A stretch of 64,000 nucleotides of DNA from an uncultured Planctomycetales bacterium (GTDB taxonomy: Bacteria > Omnitrophota > Gorgyraeia > Zapsychrales > Fredricksoniimonadaceae), in contig CAZFNI010000002.1 of assembly GCA_964520655.1 (NCBI GenBank), positions 64,770 through 128,769 of the forward strand, read 5' to 3'. Both the position numbers and the translations under genes were made by a program. Shown one piece after another: positions 11,875 through 23,395 of the stretch. Position 1 is the stretch's first letter; the number at the start of each line of letters is the position of its first letter. The notes under the pieces were generated by a model. It was not told the DNA's origin and did no database searches. It saw nothing but the letters and a program-made list of their open reading frames with translations.

Positions 11875-13164
11875 CTATCGTTTGGTAATGGGAACATAAT
11901 CCCGAAGCGTTGAACCTGTATAAATCTGGAATGGACGGCCGATCTTGGATGTGGGATCCTCGATCATTTCTTTCCAGTGCGCGATCCATCCTGGCATACG
12001 GCCAATGGCGAACATCACCGGGAACATCTTTAAAGGAATGCCGATCGCTCTTAAAATGATGCCGCTGTAAAAGTCCACATTGGGGTAAAGTTTGCGAGAT
12101 ATGAAATAATCGTCTTTCAGTGCTGCCTCCTCCAAACGCTTGGCTATATCAAGCAACGGATCATTGATCCCTAACTTGGCAAATAACTCATCAGCCTTGC
12201 GTTTGATGATCTTGGCACGGGGATCAAAATTACGGTATACCCTGTGACCAAATCCCATAAGTCGGAACTTGCTGTCTTTGTCTTTGGCCATCTCAACGAA
12301 TTTTTGAACATTCCCACCTTCGTTATGGATCTGTTCGAGCATCTCGATCACAGCCTGGTTCGCTCCGCCGTGCAACGGGCCCCACAAGGCGCAGATGCCT
12401 GCGGAAATGGAAGCATACAAATTCGCATGGGAACTCCCCACCAGCCTGACCGTTGAAGTGGAACAGTTCTGTTCATGGTCCGCATGCAAGATCAAAATGA
12501 CCTGCAGCGCCTGAACAGCTTCATCGATCAGGTGATATTCCCTCGTTGGTGAAGAAAACATCATATTTAAGAAATTTTGAACATAAAGCAGATCATGACG
12601 TGGATAAACTAAGGGCTCACCAATAGATTTCTTATAGGAAAAAGCACAAATCGTGCGCACCTTTGACAATAACTGCACTGCGATCCTGTCGATATCCTCT
12701 TTGGTCGGGTTTTCTTTGACCATGTTGGGATAATAGGCGGACATGGAACATACCATCGCGGATAAGATGCCCATGGGATGCGCGCTGGACGGGTAGGCAT
12801 CAAAGAAATTCTTCATGTCCTCATGGATCATGGAATGTTCATTGAACGCATTAGAAAAAGCTTCTAACTCTTTTTGATTAGGCAAACGCCCATAGATCAA
12901 CAGATAGGCTGTTTCAACAGCCGTAGAATGCTCCGCCAGCTGTTCGATGGGGATGCCCCGATAGCGCAGAATGCCCTTATCACCGTCAAGATAAGTGATG
13001 GCGCTTTTGCATGAACCAGTGTTGCCAAAACCCGGATCAAGCGTGATATAGCCGGTCGATGCACGTAATTTACCAATGTCGATCGCTTTTTCGCCTTCGG
13101 AACCGACGACAACCGGACAATCCAGCTGCTTCCCATCAATATTGATCAGGATATTATCTGCCAT
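11875..13164 (-). CDS. gltA: citrate synthase (type II)
   Basis: 429 aa; GFGHRVY catalytic motif; full-length similarity. Confidence 0.95.
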   Translation of the reverse strand: MADNILINIDGKQLDCPVVVGSEGEKAIDIGKLRASTGYITLDPGFGNTGSCKSAITYLDGDKGILRYRGIPIEQLAEHSTAVETAYLLIYGRLPNQKELEAFSNAFNEHSMIHEDMKNFFDAYPSSAHPMGILSAMVCSMSAYYPNMVKENPTKEDIDRIAVQLLSKVRTICAFSYKKSIGEPLVYPRHDLLYVQNFLNMMFSSPTREYHLIDEAVQALQVILILHADHEQNCSTSTVRLVGSSHANLYASISAGICALWGPLHGGANQAVIEMLEQIHNEGGNVQKFVEMAKDKDSKFRLMGFGHRVYRNFDPRAKIIKRKADELFAKLGINDPLLDIAKRLEEAALKDDYFISRKLYPNVDFYSGIILRAIGIPLKMFPVMFAIGRMPGWIAHWKEMIEDPTSKIGRPFQIYTGSTLRDYVPITKR

Positions 13165-13202
13165 GATGTTATGCCTCCGTTATTAATTCCGGTATTATAG
13201 TA

Positions 13203-14258
13203 CTATTGATACGACCTGTAAATCGCCTCTATATCTTTTGCTTGGGTTAAGAAAGCATCAACGACCCTGGGGTCGAAATGGCTGGCGCTCAAGCGTTTGA
13301 TCTCTCCCGCAGCCTCCACCCAGCTCCAAGCCTTTTTGTAAGGACGGATCGATGTCAAGGCGTCAAAGACATCCGCAACCGCGGCAATTCTCCCTACTAA
13401 AGGAATGTTGTCCCCTTTAAGGGCGTTAGGGTAACCGCTGCCGTCAAATTTCTCATGATGGGATAATGCGATCGTTTCTGCCATTTTTAAGAACGCGGAA
13501 TCGCTGCCGGAGAGCATTTGCGCGCCCCAAACAGTATGCTTCTTCATTAACTCGAATTCCTCTGGATCAAGCTTACCGGGTTTAAGCAAGATCGCATCAG
13601 GCACCGCCACTTTGCCGATATCATGCAACACAACGGTGTTCAAAATAAGCTCGCATTGGCCTAAACTCAACCCCATTCCTTTTGCCAGGACATGGGCATA
13701 ACGGCTCATGCGGTTGATATGCTCCCCCGTGTGCTCGTCGCGAAATTCCGCGACCCTCGCCAAACGCCACACAACATCCATACGGGTCTGATAGAGGTCT
13801 TTGGTTCGTTCTTTGACATTCTCTTCCAAAGTCAAGTTCTGTCCGCGCACCTGGTTGTAAAGTTTGCGCATCTCGATCACACTGCGGCTGCGCAGGATCA
13901 CATCGATCCTGTCATAGGGTTTTCTTAAAAAATCCTTGGCCCCCGCCTGGAAAGCTTTCTGCCTTAAAGTCTCATCCTCTTCCGCCGTGATCATGATCAC
14001 AGGGAAATATCCATCACGGTCAACGGATAAGAACTGGTCCATGACCTCAAGACCATTAAAATGAGGCATTTTGAAATCCAGAAGGACTAAGTCCGGCGCG
14101 ATGGCTTGATATAAACTGAGCGCTTTCGTAGAATCGGTAGTCAGGGTAAGGTTGGCGAATCCAGCCTCATTGAGGATCTTCTTGAGGATTTGGACATTAA
14201 GGACATTATCGTCGATGATCAGGATCTTGGCACTTAGGATTTGCTCTTCACTTAGCAT
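13203..14258 (-). CDS. response regulator with HD-GYP c-di-GMP phosphodiesterase domain
   Basis: CheY-like receiver (LIIDDN...DLVLLDFKMP) fused to HD-GYP (HHEKFDGSGYP). Confidence 0.85.
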   Translation of the reverse strand: MLSEEQILSAKILIIDDNVLNVQILKKILNEAGFANLTLTTDSTKALSLYQAIAPDLVLLDFKMPHFNGLEVMDQFLSVDRDGYFPVIMITAEEDETLRQKAFQAGAKDFLRKPYDRIDVILRSRSVIEMRKLYNQVRGQNLTLEENVKERTKDLYQTRMDVVWRLARVAEFRDEHTGEHINRMSRYAHVLAKGMGLSLGQCELILNTVVLHDIGKVAVPDAILLKPGKLDPEEFELMKKHTVWGAQMLSGSDSAFLKMAETIALSHHEKFDGSGYPNALKGDNIPLVGRIAAVADVFDALTSIRPYKKAWSWVEAAGEIKRLSASHFDPRVVDAFLTQAKDIEAIYRSYQ

Positions 14259-14259
14259 A

Positions 14260-16053
14260 TTAGATCATATATTCTGGGTCAAGGACAAGGGCATCAGCCA
14301 ACAAATTGACGATCTTTTTTACAGCAGTCTCTGAATCAAGGTTCTCCGGCAACGACAGATCAACATTGCCAACATCAAAACGATCATCGCCCATATTCAC
14401 AACGAACGTCTGATTGGGCCTGTTCAATGTTTTAAGCATCTTCAATTCCGCATCATCGATGTCCGTCACACTGGTGATCAAGATGAGCCCCGCATCGGTC
14501 ATCAAATGCGCTAATTCCCCTAATTGTACTAGCATCGCATATTTTCCCAAAGTCTTATCTTGCGAATCTCCAGAGGACAAGACCAAGCGATTGGATACAC
14601 CCAAAAAGTACACATTTTTGCCGATATTGAATAAGGCCTCTTCCAATGCTTTAGCGATACGCTGCTTTCCCGTATCGATCTTTCCAGAGATCACAATAAA
14701 CGCACTTTTATGTTCATATTTCTTGGCACGCAGATCTGGGGTGATATGAGACCTTTCCCAGGAGAATTCGCGTTTCTTGATGTGTGTATTAAGCGCATTC
14801 TCGTTGTCAAAGACCGGAGCAAGGATGATCCCGCCACCGGCGATCTCATACTGATCGACAATGACAAAACGCCCGGTCGCTGCGATATCACCGACGCAGT
14901 CAAATGCGACCGGTTTGGCGCATTCAAAGATACACTCCCCGACTTCATGTCGGGCCACATGGTCTTTCTTGACCGCGGACAATTCCGCGGCATTTAGCAC
15001 GTGAACGATCTCGCGCAAGATCACCGGCACCTGCTGGGTGGCGATCTTAAGCTTGTATGTTTTACCCAGAACAAGAGGCTGTTTGCCCATCCAGAAAATA
15101 TTCGCCTTGAATTTATCGCTGACGCTGGGCTGCTTTTCTGATGTTCTGACCATGATCTCGCCAGGACGGATATAGATCTCAGTTTCCATGGTAAAGCCTG
15201 CCGATTGGCCGGCAAAAGCTTCCTGGCGCAGCGGTCCATTAAAATATTCAACGGATTTGATACGGTTCTTTTTGCCCGACGGCAGGAAAATGATATTATC
15301 CCCAACTTTGGCCGTACCTGTTTCAATACGACCGGCAACAATACGGCGCTCATCGCCGCTTTCAGTGAATTTATAAATATCCTGCACCGGCATCCGCAAC
15401 ACTAATTGATCCGCAGGCGCCTGCTTCTGGAATTTATCCAAAGCCCCTAAAATATCTTCTCCCTTATACCAAGGCATTTTCGTGCTTTTTGAGGCAATAT
15501 TGTCGCCGTGAAAGGCAGCGATCGGAATAAAGAAATTAGGTGTAAGGTCGATCTCTTTAAGGAATTTGGTATATTCCGTCTTGATCTGATCGAACACTTT
15601 CGCATCGTAATTGACTAAGTCCATTTTATTGACGCACACGGCCAGATTCTTGATCCCCAAAAAACGCATCATGTAGCCGTGGCGTTTGGAATTCTCGCGT
15701 ATCCCCTCATGGGCATCAATGACAAGCAGCGCCGCTTCCGCCCGGGCCGCCCCGGAGATCATGTTCTTGAGGAACTCAATATGGCCTGGCGCATCAATGA
15801 TGATATAGTCTCTTAAGGCGGATTTAAAGAATGTGCGGGCGGTGTCGATGGTGATGCCCTGCGACTGCTCGTCCTTGAGAGCGTCTAGAAGGAACGCATA
15901 TTCAAATGGTTTGGCATTGCGCTGACACTGCAACTTAACGGCTTCCAATTTCCCTTCTGGCAGTGACCCTGTATCAGCCAGCAATCGTCCAACCAATGTA
16001 CTTTTCCCATGGTCAACGTGTCCAACGATGACCACATTCATTGCTTCTCTCAC
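14260..16053 (-). CDS. cysN: sulfate adenylyltransferase subunit 1 (CysN GTPase) fused to a degenerate APS-kinase-like (CysC-like) domain
   Basis: [10 protein letters not shown]1 motif, EF-Tu-like domains; C-terminal ~170 aa CysC-like but P-loop is GKIDTGKQ (GxxxxGKQ, not GK[ST]). Confidence 0.85.
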   Translation of the reverse strand: MREAMNVVIVGHVDHGKSTLVGRLLADTGSLPEGKLEAVKLQCQRNAKPFEYAFLLDALKDEQSQGITIDTARTFFKSALRDYIIIDAPGHIEFLKNMISGAARAEAALLVIDAHEGIRENSKRHGYMMRFLGIKNLAVCVNKMDLVNYDAKVFDQIKTEYTKFLKEIDLTPNFFIPIAAFHGDNIASKSTKMPWYKGEDILGALDKFQKQAPADQLVLRMPVQDIYKFTESGDERRIVAGRIETGTAKVGDNIIFLPSGKKNRIKSVEYFNGPLRQEAFAGQSAGFTMETEIYIRPGEIMVRTSEKQPSVSDKFKANIFWMGKQPLVLGKTYKLKIATQQVPVILREIVHVLNAAELSAVKKDHVARHEVGECIFECAKPVAFDCVGDIAATGRFVIVDQYEIAGGGIILAPVFDNENALNTHIKKREFSWERSHITPDLRAKKYEHKSAFIVISGKIDTGKQRIAKALEEALFNIGKNVYFLGVSNRLVLSSGDSQDKTLGKYAMLVQLGELAHLMTDAGLILITSVTDIDDAELKMLKTLNRPNQTFVVNMGDDRFDVGNVDLSLPENLDSETAVKKIVNLLADALVLDPEYMI

Positions 16054-16958
16054 ATGTACCCCTCTTTACGCAACGTTTCTAATCCGCCGCCGTCTTCTTT
16101 GTCTTGAGCTCGGCCGGAGCGTTCCGCGATATTCTTGAATTTCCCTTCGCGCAATTCTTTGACGATATCCGCGACATTCCTGGCTGTTGAGGATACTGGC
16201 GTTGTGCAGGGGTAGCATCCAAGCGATCTGTAACGTTGGCCTTTACCCTGGTCAAAATACAGATCGGTGATAGGGATATTTTCCCGTTCAATGTATTCCC
16301 AAATATTCAATTCTGTCCAGTCGAGCAAAGGATGGATGCGGATATGCGTTCCAGGCGCGAAATCAGTCTTGAACTGGTTCCATAGTTCCGGCGGCTGATC
16401 GCCCACATCCCAATCGCTGTTGCGGTCCCGTGGAGAGAAATACCGCTCCTTGGAACGACTTCCTTCCTCATCCGCGCGCGCGCCGACGATGACGCCGGTG
16501 TACGGCTCAGTATTGGTATCGATATCGTATTGGCCTGTCTTATGATTCAACCGCTTGCGCGGCCATGCGCCTGACAGTGTGTTTTTTAACGCTTCACTTT
16601 TTAATGCTTTGCAGCATGCCAGACGATCGAGCGTCCCATGCGGATATGAGCGCTTATCCTGCAGCGCCTGCACATTTTGTCCGACGACCATGTTCAAATG
16701 GAACTCCATGGCCAGCTTATCGCGGTATTGGATCATCTCCGGGATCTTGTAACTTGTATCAATGTGGACCAATGGGAATGGCACATGACCATAGAAAGCT
16801 TTGCGTGCCAGCCACAACAAAACCGTTGAGTCCTTGCCGATCGACCACAACATGACCAGCGACTTAAACTCACGATATGCTTCTCTTAAAATATAAACGC
16901 TCTGGGACTCCAAAGCGTCCAGTTTATCCATGGTCTTGCTCATGACTTCGCTTTCCAT
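16050..16958 (-). CDS. cysD: sulfate adenylyltransferase subunit 2
   Basis: 302 aa; PAPS-reductase-like ATP-PPase fold (SIGKDS); overlaps cysN start by 4 nt. Confidence 0.9.
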   Translation of the reverse strand: MESEVMSKTMDKLDALESQSVYILREAYREFKSLVMLWSIGKDSTVLLWLARKAFYGHVPFPLVHIDTSYKIPEMIQYRDKLAMEFHLNMVVGQNVQALQDKRSYPHGTLDRLACCKALKSEALKNTLSGAWPRKRLNHKTGQYDIDTNTEPYTGVIVGARADEEGSRSKERYFSPRDRNSDWDVGDQPPELWNQFKTDFAPGTHIRIHPLLDWTELNIWEYIERENIPITDLYFDQGKGQRYRSLGCYPCTTPVSSTARNVADIVKELREGKFKNIAERSGRAQDKEDGGGLETLRKEGYM

Positions 16959-17671
16959 TTCGGATTATTATGCAGCCCGCATTCTTTTTGCTCCGGCTGC
17001 TCCCACCACCAGCGTCCGGCACGAATGTCCTCGCCGTCTTTGATCTCACGCGTGCAGGGAGCGCAGCCAATGCTGACAAAACCCTTTGCATGTAAAGGAT
17101 TCACATCAACACCGTTGTCCTTGATATAATCACGCACCTGATCGAGCGTCCAGTGAAGCAGCGGATTGACCTTGATCTTGCCGTTAGCCTGGTCCCATTC
17201 AAAAACTTTCGCATCGGTCCGTGTCAACGATTGAGCACTGCGCAACCCCGTCACCCAGGCATCAACGTGAGATAAAGCTCTTTGCAAGGGCTCGACTTTA
17301 CGGATGCCGCAACAGAGCTTCCTGTTCTCAACAGAATCATAGAATAAATTAATGCCTTTGGCCCTGACCATGTCCTCAACTGCTTTGGTGTGCGGGAAAT
17401 ACACTTTAAACGAGACATTCGGATAACGTTTTTGATCCTTATCCCAAAGATCATATGTCTGGGCAAACAACCGCCCGGTATCGAGAGTAAAGATCTCAAT
17501 GCCCAAATTATTCTTGGCGATCATATCCGTGATCACCTGGTCCTCTTCCCCAAGACTTGAAGCAAAAGAGACCTTGGAGCCGAATTCATTGAAAGCCAGC
17601 TTCAAGATCTCTGCCGGTGGCAAATTATTTGATCTTTCCTGAAGCATTTCTAAACGCGCTGATCTATCCAT
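16940..17671 (-). CDS. cysH: assimilatory adenylylsulfate (APS) reductase, thioredoxin-dependent
   Basis: CysH fold plus Cys-Cys (KLCCGIRK) and CxxC (GCAPCT) Fe-S ligands and ECGLH catalytic motif: APS- rather than PAPS-type. Confidence 0.85.
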   Translation of the reverse strand: MDRSARLEMLQERSNNLPPAEILKLAFNEFGSKVSFASSLGEEDQVITDMIAKNNLGIEIFTLDTGRLFAQTYDLWDKDQKRYPNVSFKVYFPHTKAVEDMVRAKGINLFYDSVENRKLCCGIRKVEPLQRALSHVDAWVTGLRSAQSLTRTDAKVFEWDQANGKIKVNPLLHWTLDQVRDYIKDNGVDVNPLHAKGFVSIGCAPCTREIKDGEDIRAGRWWWEQPEQKECGLHNNPKWKAKS

Positions 17672-17674
17672 AGT

Positions 17675-18715
17675 CTAAATATCGTAATCATAATAGGTGA
17701 CGTTCTTGGGACGGACAAAAACATATTCACCTTTGTTGAGCTTTAACTGGGCGTATTCGCCCTGACTTAGTTCCGCCGCGATCGTCTGACCTGATTCCGC
17801 CAAAAGGTCTATCTTAACGACTGAACCAGCCGGATTAATATACCTGATTATCGTCTTAATTGCACTATCATCTTGTGCTTTACGGCTGATATCCAGCTGA
17901 TGCGGTCGGATATACAATTGTCCAAGTTTTTCTTTTTGCTGGTTCTTAGTCCCCAGCAACAGTTTCCCGTTCTCCACGCGCCCATGGAACAAATTGACAT
18001 TGCCTAAAAAATTGATCACAAAAGTACTGGCTGGACGATGATAAACATCTTCCGGGGTCCCGACCTGCTCGATCTTGCCTTTATTCATCACAACGACACG
18101 GTCAGCCACCTCCAAAGCTTCTTCCTGGTCGTGAGTGACAAACAGCGAGGTGATATGCAGTTCATCGTGAAAACGGCGCAGCCACTGGCGCAATTCTTTG
18201 CGGACCTGGGCATCCAGAGAACCAAAAGGCTCATCCAATAAAAGCACTTTAGGCTCTATCGCTAACGCTCTTGCCAGCGCTACACGCTGCCGCTGCCCGC
18301 CTGATAATTGCGAGGGGAATCGGTTACCTACCCAATCGAGCTGGATCAATCCCAACAGCTCTTTAACTTTCATCCTGATCTTCTCTTCACTGGGTCTGAT
18401 CGACTTTGGTTTAACCCGCAGCCCGAAAGCGATATTATCAAAGACCGTCATATGACGGAACAACGCATAATGCTGGAAAACAAAACCAACACCGCGGTCT
18501 TTGACATCTTTTTTCCGGGCATCCTGACCATGGAATAATATCTCTCCCTGATCAGCGACTTCAAGCCCGGCAATAATGCGCAGCAGCGTCGTTTTTCCGG
18601 AACCAGAAGGTCCCAATAAGGCGATCAATTCACCTGTTTGAACGTTCAGATCAATTTTGTCTAACGCCTTAAAATCACCAAAATTCTTCGTCACTTGTTT
18701 AACGTCTATACTCAT
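17675..18715 (-). CDS. cysA: sulfate/thiosulfate ABC transporter ATP-binding protein
   Basis: Walker [18 protein letters not shown] signature, C-terminal TOBE-like domain. Confidence 0.9.
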   Translation of the reverse strand: MSIDVKQVTKNFGDFKALDKIDLNVQTGELIALLGPSGSGKTTLLRIIAGLEVADQGEILFHGQDARKKDVKDRGVGFVFQHYALFRHMTVFDNIAFGLRVKPKSIRPSEEKIRMKVKELLGLIQLDWVGNRFPSQLSGGQRQRVALARALAIEPKVLLLDEPFGSLDAQVRKELRQWLRRFHDELHITSLFVTHDQEEALEVADRVVVMNKGKIEQVGTPEDVYHRPASTFVINFLGNVNLFHGRVENGKLLLGTKNQQKEKLGQLYIRPHQLDISRKAQDDSAIKTIIRYINPAGSVVKIDLLAESGQTIAAELSQGEYAQLKLNKGEYVFVRPKNVTYYDYDI

Positions 18716-19526
18716 GCAAATGTACCTGTTCAAGGATTGTTTTCGCGCAAAGGGTGATCAACGCCAAAAAAGCTAATAGTGACGCTGCCGCGAACGCGGC
18801 CGTAAAATTGTATTCATTGTAAAGGATCTCGATCTGCAAGGGCAGCGTATTGGTCAATCCCCGAATATGACCGGATACGACAGACACCGCCCCGAATTCA
18901 CCCATGGCGCGCGCATTACACAAAATAACGCCATATAATAGACCCCATTTGATATTTGGTAAAGTGACATGAATAAAGGTTTTAAACCCGCTTGCCCCAA
19001 GCGTCATTGCGGCTTCTTCCTCTTCATTACCCAACGATTTCATGACCGGGATCAATTCGCGGGCGACCATGGGAAAAGTCACAAAGATCGTCGCTAGGAT
19101 GATCGCGATCGGCGTAAAGATGATCTTCATGTTGTGCGCCAAAAGCCATGGGCCTAAAACACCCTGTAAACCAAAGAGCAATACATAGATCAACCCGGAA
19201 ACAACCGGCGACACCGAAAGAGGAAGGTCGATCAGCGTCAGCAGAACATTTTTCCCATGAAAATCAAATTTCGCAATGGCCCAGGATGCCGCGATACCGA
19301 ACACCACATTCAACGGCACTGCAACAGCCGCGGCCAATAAAGTCAATTTGATCGCGGCAAGCGTATGCACATCCCCCATTGAACTCAAATAAACCCCAAT
19401 GCCTTTTTTAAGCGCGCTGGTGAAGATGACTAAAAGCGGCAACATGATAAATACGCCGATAAACATAACGCTAATAAAGATCAGCACCGACCGCACAAAT
19501 GGATGATCCGCTCTTCTGGCTTTCAT
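18699..19526 (-). CDS. cysW: sulfate ABC transporter permease
   Basis: 6-TM ABC permease with EAA-like loop; between cysT and cysA. Confidence 0.85.
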   Translation of the reverse strand: MKARRADHPFVRSVLIFISVMFIGVFIMLPLLVIFTSALKKGIGVYLSSMGDVHTLAAIKLTLLAAAVAVPLNVVFGIAASWAIAKFDFHGKNVLLTLIDLPLSVSPVVSGLIYVLLFGLQGVLGPWLLAHNMKIIFTPIAIILATIFVTFPMVARELIPVMKSLGNEEEEAAMTLGASGFKTFIHVTLPNIKWGLLYGVILCNARAMGEFGAVSVVSGHIRGLTNTLPLQIEILYNEYNFTAAFAAASLLAFLALITLCAKTILEQVHLHEYRR

Positions 19527-20356
19527 TAAGTCATCCCGATCTTTTTCGAGGTCCAATGCTGCAAATAATTAGTGACCGCTAACAGCCCAAAAGAAACCAG
19601 CAGCATCACAACCGCGATCGCTGTGGCTCCACCATAATTATATTCTTCCAATTTCGTGATGATCAACAATGGCGCGATCTCAGTCTTATTGGGCATATTC
19701 CCCGCGATAAAGACCACCGAACCATACTCCCCGATCGTCCGTGCAAAGGCCAGACTAAAAGCCGTGATAATAGACGGTAATAAGGTCGGGAATATCACTT
19801 TAACAAATGTCTGCCATCGATTCGCACCCAGACTTTCTGCCGCGTCTTCAAGCTCGTGATCCAGTTCTTTAAGCACAGGCTCGATCGTCCGCACAATAAA
19901 CGGCAGGCCGATGAACATCAGCACAAGCGTGATCCCAAGGAAATTATACGCGGTGGGAATGCCCATCTTAAAAAAATACTGCCCCAACCACCCATTGTTG
20001 GAATAGAGCGTCGTAAACGCGATCCCCGCAACTGCTGTCGGTAAAGCAAAAGGCAGATCGATCAGCGCATCCAAGAAGCGCTTGCCAAAAAAATCATAGC
20101 GCACCAGAACCCAGGCAATGATACCGCCGAAGACGACATTGACCAAAGACGCAACAAATGCCGCGGAAAAACTTAACTGATAAGCCGCCAAAGTCCTTTT
20201 CGCCAGGATGACTCTGATAAAATCATGCCATCCAAGACTCGACGCTTTAAAAAACAGCAAAGACAAAGGGATCAGCACGATCAAACTTAAATAGAAGACC
20301 GTGTATCCCAACGCCAAATTAAATCCTGGTAAGATCGTGCGTGTTTTAAGCAGCAT
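19526..20356 (-). CDS. cysT: sulfate ABC transporter permease
   Basis: 276 aa CysT/CysU-type permease. Confidence 0.85.
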   Translation of the reverse strand: MLLKTRTILPGFNLALGYTVFYLSLIVLIPLSLLFFKASSLGWHDFIRVILAKRTLAAYQLSFSAAFVASLVNVVFGGIIAWVLVRYDFFGKRFLDALIDLPFALPTAVAGIAFTTLYSNNGWLGQYFFKMGIPTAYNFLGITLVLMFIGLPFIVRTIEPVLKELDHELEDAAESLGANRWQTFVKVIFPTLLPSIITAFSLAFARTIGEYGSVVFIAGNMPNKTEIAPLLIITKLEEYNYGGATAIAVVMLLVSFGLLAVTNYLQHWTSKKIGMT

Positions 20357-20432
20357 AAAAGGTTTTATCCATAAAAACGTGGATATAATACTAATAATTC
20401 AAACGAATAGCAAATCTTACCTTATCACAGAT

Positions 20433-21479
20433 CTAATTCCCATAGATCTGATCGAAAATACCTCTGTCTGCAAAATGCTTGGCCTGCGCTTTAGCCCAAC
20501 CGCCAAAGAGTTCATCGACCGTGAATGTATTAACAGTATTAAATTGAGACGCATGCTTATTAAGAACAGATCCGCTGCGGGGACGGAAATAGTTCTTAGC
20601 TGCTATCTCCTGACCCTCATCAGAATACAAGTAATTCAAATATTCTTCCGCGATCTTACGGTTGCCATGTCGGTCGGCAACACGATCAACAACAGCAACA
20701 GGCGGTTCAGCCAGTATTGTCACAGACGGCACAACGATCTCAAATTCATCTTTGCCAAATTCATTAACGGCTAAAAAGGCCTCATTTTCCCAGGAAATGG
20801 CCACATCTCCTATTTTACGCTCGACAAATGTGGTTGTCGCACCGCGAGCACCTGAATCTAGCAGCGGCACATTCTTATAGATCTTGCCCACAAACTCTTT
20901 TACTTTTTCTTCATCGTTATTGAATTTCTTAAGACCGTAGCCCCATGCGGCCAAATAATTCCAACGCGCGCCGCCTGAGGTTTTAGGATTTGGCGTGATA
21001 ACGGAGATCCCGGACTTGGCCAGATCATCCCAGTCCTTGATGTTCTTTGGATTACCCTTTCGCACCAGAAAGACGATCGTTGATGTATACGGGGTACTAT
21101 TATACGGAAATTTCTTTTGCCATTGAGCAGACAAAAGCCCTGATTTAGCCGCGATATTATCAATATCATACGACAAAGCAAGAGTTACCACATCCGCATC
21201 CAAGCCATCAATGACCGCACGGGCCTGTTTGCCACTCCCGCCGTGGGATTGATTAACCGTCACCTTATCTCCACTTAATGATCTCCAATGAGCCGCAAAG
21301 GCTTGATTATATTCTTTATAAAACTCACTCGTTGGATCATACGAAACATTAAGCAACATAAAAGATTTTGCATATGCACTCAGTGATGAAGTTAGCATAA
21401 CTAAAACGATAATAACTAATACATTAAATTTTTTGAGCATACTTTTCTCTCTCATTATATTTAAAATTTTAATATCCAT
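20433..21479 (-). CDS. sbp: sulfate/thiosulfate-binding periplasmic protein
   Basis: 348 aa with signal peptide; Sbp/CysP family similarity. Confidence 0.9.
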   Translation of the reverse strand: MDIKILNIMREKSMLKKFNVLVIIVLVMLTSSLSAYAKSFMLLNVSYDPTSEFYKEYNQAFAAHWRSLSGDKVTVNQSHGGSGKQARAVIDGLDADVVTLALSYDIDNIAAKSGLLSAQWQKKFPYNSTPYTSTIVFLVRKGNPKNIKDWDDLAKSGISVITPNPKTSGGARWNYLAAWGYGLKKFNNDEEKVKEFVGKIYKNVPLLDSGARGATTTFVERKIGDVAISWENEAFLAVNEFGKDEFEIVVPSVTILAEPPVAVVDRVADRHGNRKIAEEYLNYLYSDEGQEIAAKNYFRPRSGSVLNKHASQFNTVNTFTVDELFGGWAKAQAKHFADRGIFDQIYGN

Positions 21480-21484
21480 TAAGC

Positions 21485-21496
21485 CTATAGCTATAG
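21485..21496. promoter_or_regulatory. tandem palindrome CTATAGCTATAG in sbp upstream region (candidate operator)
   Basis: seen directly between Rrf2 gene stop and sbp start. Confidence 0.25.
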
Positions 21497-21518
21497 TAGA
21501 TTTATAGAAAAAAATTTT

Positions 21519-21986
21519 TTAAATCTGAAAATTCGCTATGTTCTGCGACAATTGTGTTTTTTCCAACAAATCAAACAAACTTGTTTTATCCAATATGGAC
21601 GACATAGCATCCCTAACCTCTTTCATGATAAATCGAATTTCACATTTCTCTTCAGACTTACATTCTTTACAGCGTTGATAGGCCGTTTGACTGACACAGG
21701 AAACGGGCGCCAAAGGCCCTTCTAAAATACGTATAACATCTCCAATCATGATCTCTTTACTCGACTTACCTAAGGCGTATCCACCCCCCTTACCTTTTTT
21801 ACTCTTTAGCAAACCATTTTTTCTCAGCTCAAGGAGAATGGCTTCCAAAAACTTTTGCGGGATCTTTTCTTCTTTAGAAATATCCGTAATAAGAATATTG
21901 TCATTTCCGGCTTTTCTGGCCAGACAAATGATCGCTTTCAATCCATATTTTGTTTTTTGAGATATCATATAAGTCCACTTAGTCAA
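21519..21986 (-). CDS. Rrf2-family transcriptional regulator (IscR/CymR-like)
   Basis: N-terminal wHTH (KTKYGLKAIICLA) and C-terminal Cys cluster (CVSQ..CKECK..C). Confidence 0.85.
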   Translation of the reverse strand: MTKWTYMISQKTKYGLKAIICLARKAGNDNILITDISKEEKIPQKFLEAILLELRKNGLLKSKKGKGGGYALGKSSKEIMIGDVIRILEGPLAPVSCVSQTAYQRCKECKSEEKCEIRFIMKEVRDAMSSILDKTSLFDLLEKTQLSQNIANFQI

Positions 21987-21999
21987 TAGGAATTATATA

Positions 22000-23043
22000 C
22001 TAGATACCGAGCTTGTCAAGTATTTTTTTTGTTCCCGCTGGCAACGGATATCTTTTGAAGTCTTCCCTTGCCGCCCACACCCGATCTTTACCAACCCTTG
22101 GCATAACACCCAGATCGCAGCGATAAACTGATAAACGTACTTTGTATTGCGTATAAAAATGCACTACATCAAATAAATACCGCGCTCTTAATAATCCAAC
22201 ACCCAGCTCTTCCCTTATCTCTCTGGCCAAAGCCACTTCCTGATCTTCTCCCGCCTCAACCTTGCCCCCAGGAAATTCCCACATCCCCTCCAATAATCCT
22301 TTTGCTTTACGTTTTTGAATAAAATATTTTCCACGATCTTCGATCAAGGCAATCACCGCATGCACATTCAAGATTTTCCTATCTTTTTTTACAGGAATAG
22401 CATTCTGACAGCCAACCTTATAAGCCCCACAGATCTTATTCACAGGACAAACATCACACAAAGGATCTTTGGGCTTACACACCAAAGCCCCCAATTCCAT
22501 TAAAGCCTGGTTGAAATCACCCGCATTCTTTTTGGGAAAGACCTTCTTTAAATAATCCTCAATAACTGCATCCTGAGATACATCCGCGTACCCCTTTAAA
22601 CACAATATCCTCATGATCACGCGCCTGACATTGGCATCAATGATCGTTAACGGAAGATCATAGGCAATGCTCAACACCGCTCCCGTCGCATATGGACCAA
22701 AACCTGGCAGCTTGCGCACCAACAGCGGATCTTTAGGCAAACACCCTCCATATTCGTTAACAACAATACCTGCGGCTTTGTGCAAATTCCTAGCCCTGGC
22801 ATAATATCCCAGCCCCTGCCACACCTTTAAAACTTTCTCTACGCGTGCTTTAGCTAGAACTTGAACCGTTGGAAAATGCTCAAACCATTTTTGATAATAG
22901 GATATAACGGTATTTACCGTTGTCTGCTGCAGCATCATTTCTGAGACCCAGACCCGGTAGGGATCTTTGGAAGTACGCCAAGGCAGATCTCGCTTGTGAA
23001 TGTCATACCACGCTAACAAAAGACTGGAAAATGATTTAGGCAT
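22000..23043 (-). CDS. mutY: A/G-specific adenine DNA glycosylase
   Basis: HhH-GPD domain, Fe-S Cys cluster (CKPKDPLCDVCPVNKIC), C-terminal NUDIX-like domain. Confidence 0.9.
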   Translation of the reverse strand: MPKSFSSLLLAWYDIHKRDLPWRTSKDPYRVWVSEMMLQQTTVNTVISYYQKWFEHFPTVQVLAKARVEKVLKVWQGLGYYARARNLHKAAGIVVNEYGGCLPKDPLLVRKLPGFGPYATGAVLSIAYDLPLTIIDANVRRVIMRILCLKGYADVSQDAVIEDYLKKVFPKKNAGDFNQALMELGALVCKPKDPLCDVCPVNKICGAYKVGCQNAIPVKKDRKILNVHAVIALIEDRGKYFIQKRKAKGLLEGMWEFPGGKVEAGEDQEVALAREIREELGVGLLRARYLFDVVHFYTQYKVRLSVYRCDLGVMPRVGKDRVWAAREDFKRYPLPAGTKKILDKLGI

Positions 23044-23395
23044 GATCGATCAGGTCAATGTAAAGATCGGCAATGTTCTTATGCAGCCCTATGGGTTGGG
23101 ACAAACGAAACCGAACATGCGGATATTTCTGGCGAACAGATTCAACGATCTCAGGAATATCTTTACTTACATGTCTTCCTGAATTTAAGAAACTGACCAG
23201 GATCACCACCTCTGTTGCGCCTTTTTGAACACAAATCTCTACACCACGCTCAATACCAGGCTCCGCAACTTCTAAAAAGGCATATTCAAAAATAGGGATG
23301 TTGGTACGAACCTTTAACTCATTGACCAAAGAAGACACTTCGTTAATTGTAACGGGAGACCTGCTCCCGTGACTGATCAGCAGGACTGCTTGCAT
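23036..23395 (-). CDS. CbiX/SirB-type sirohydrochlorin chelatase (small form)
   Basis: 119 aa; LLISHGSR motif and CbiX fold; sirohaem supply for sulfite reductase is a plausible role. Confidence 0.7.
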   Translation of the reverse strand: MQAVLLISHGSRSPVTINEVSSLVNELKVRTNIPIFEYAFLEVAEPGIERGVEICVQKGATEVVILVSFLNSGRHVSKDIPEIVESVRQKYPHVRFRLSQPIGLHKNIADLYIDLIDHA

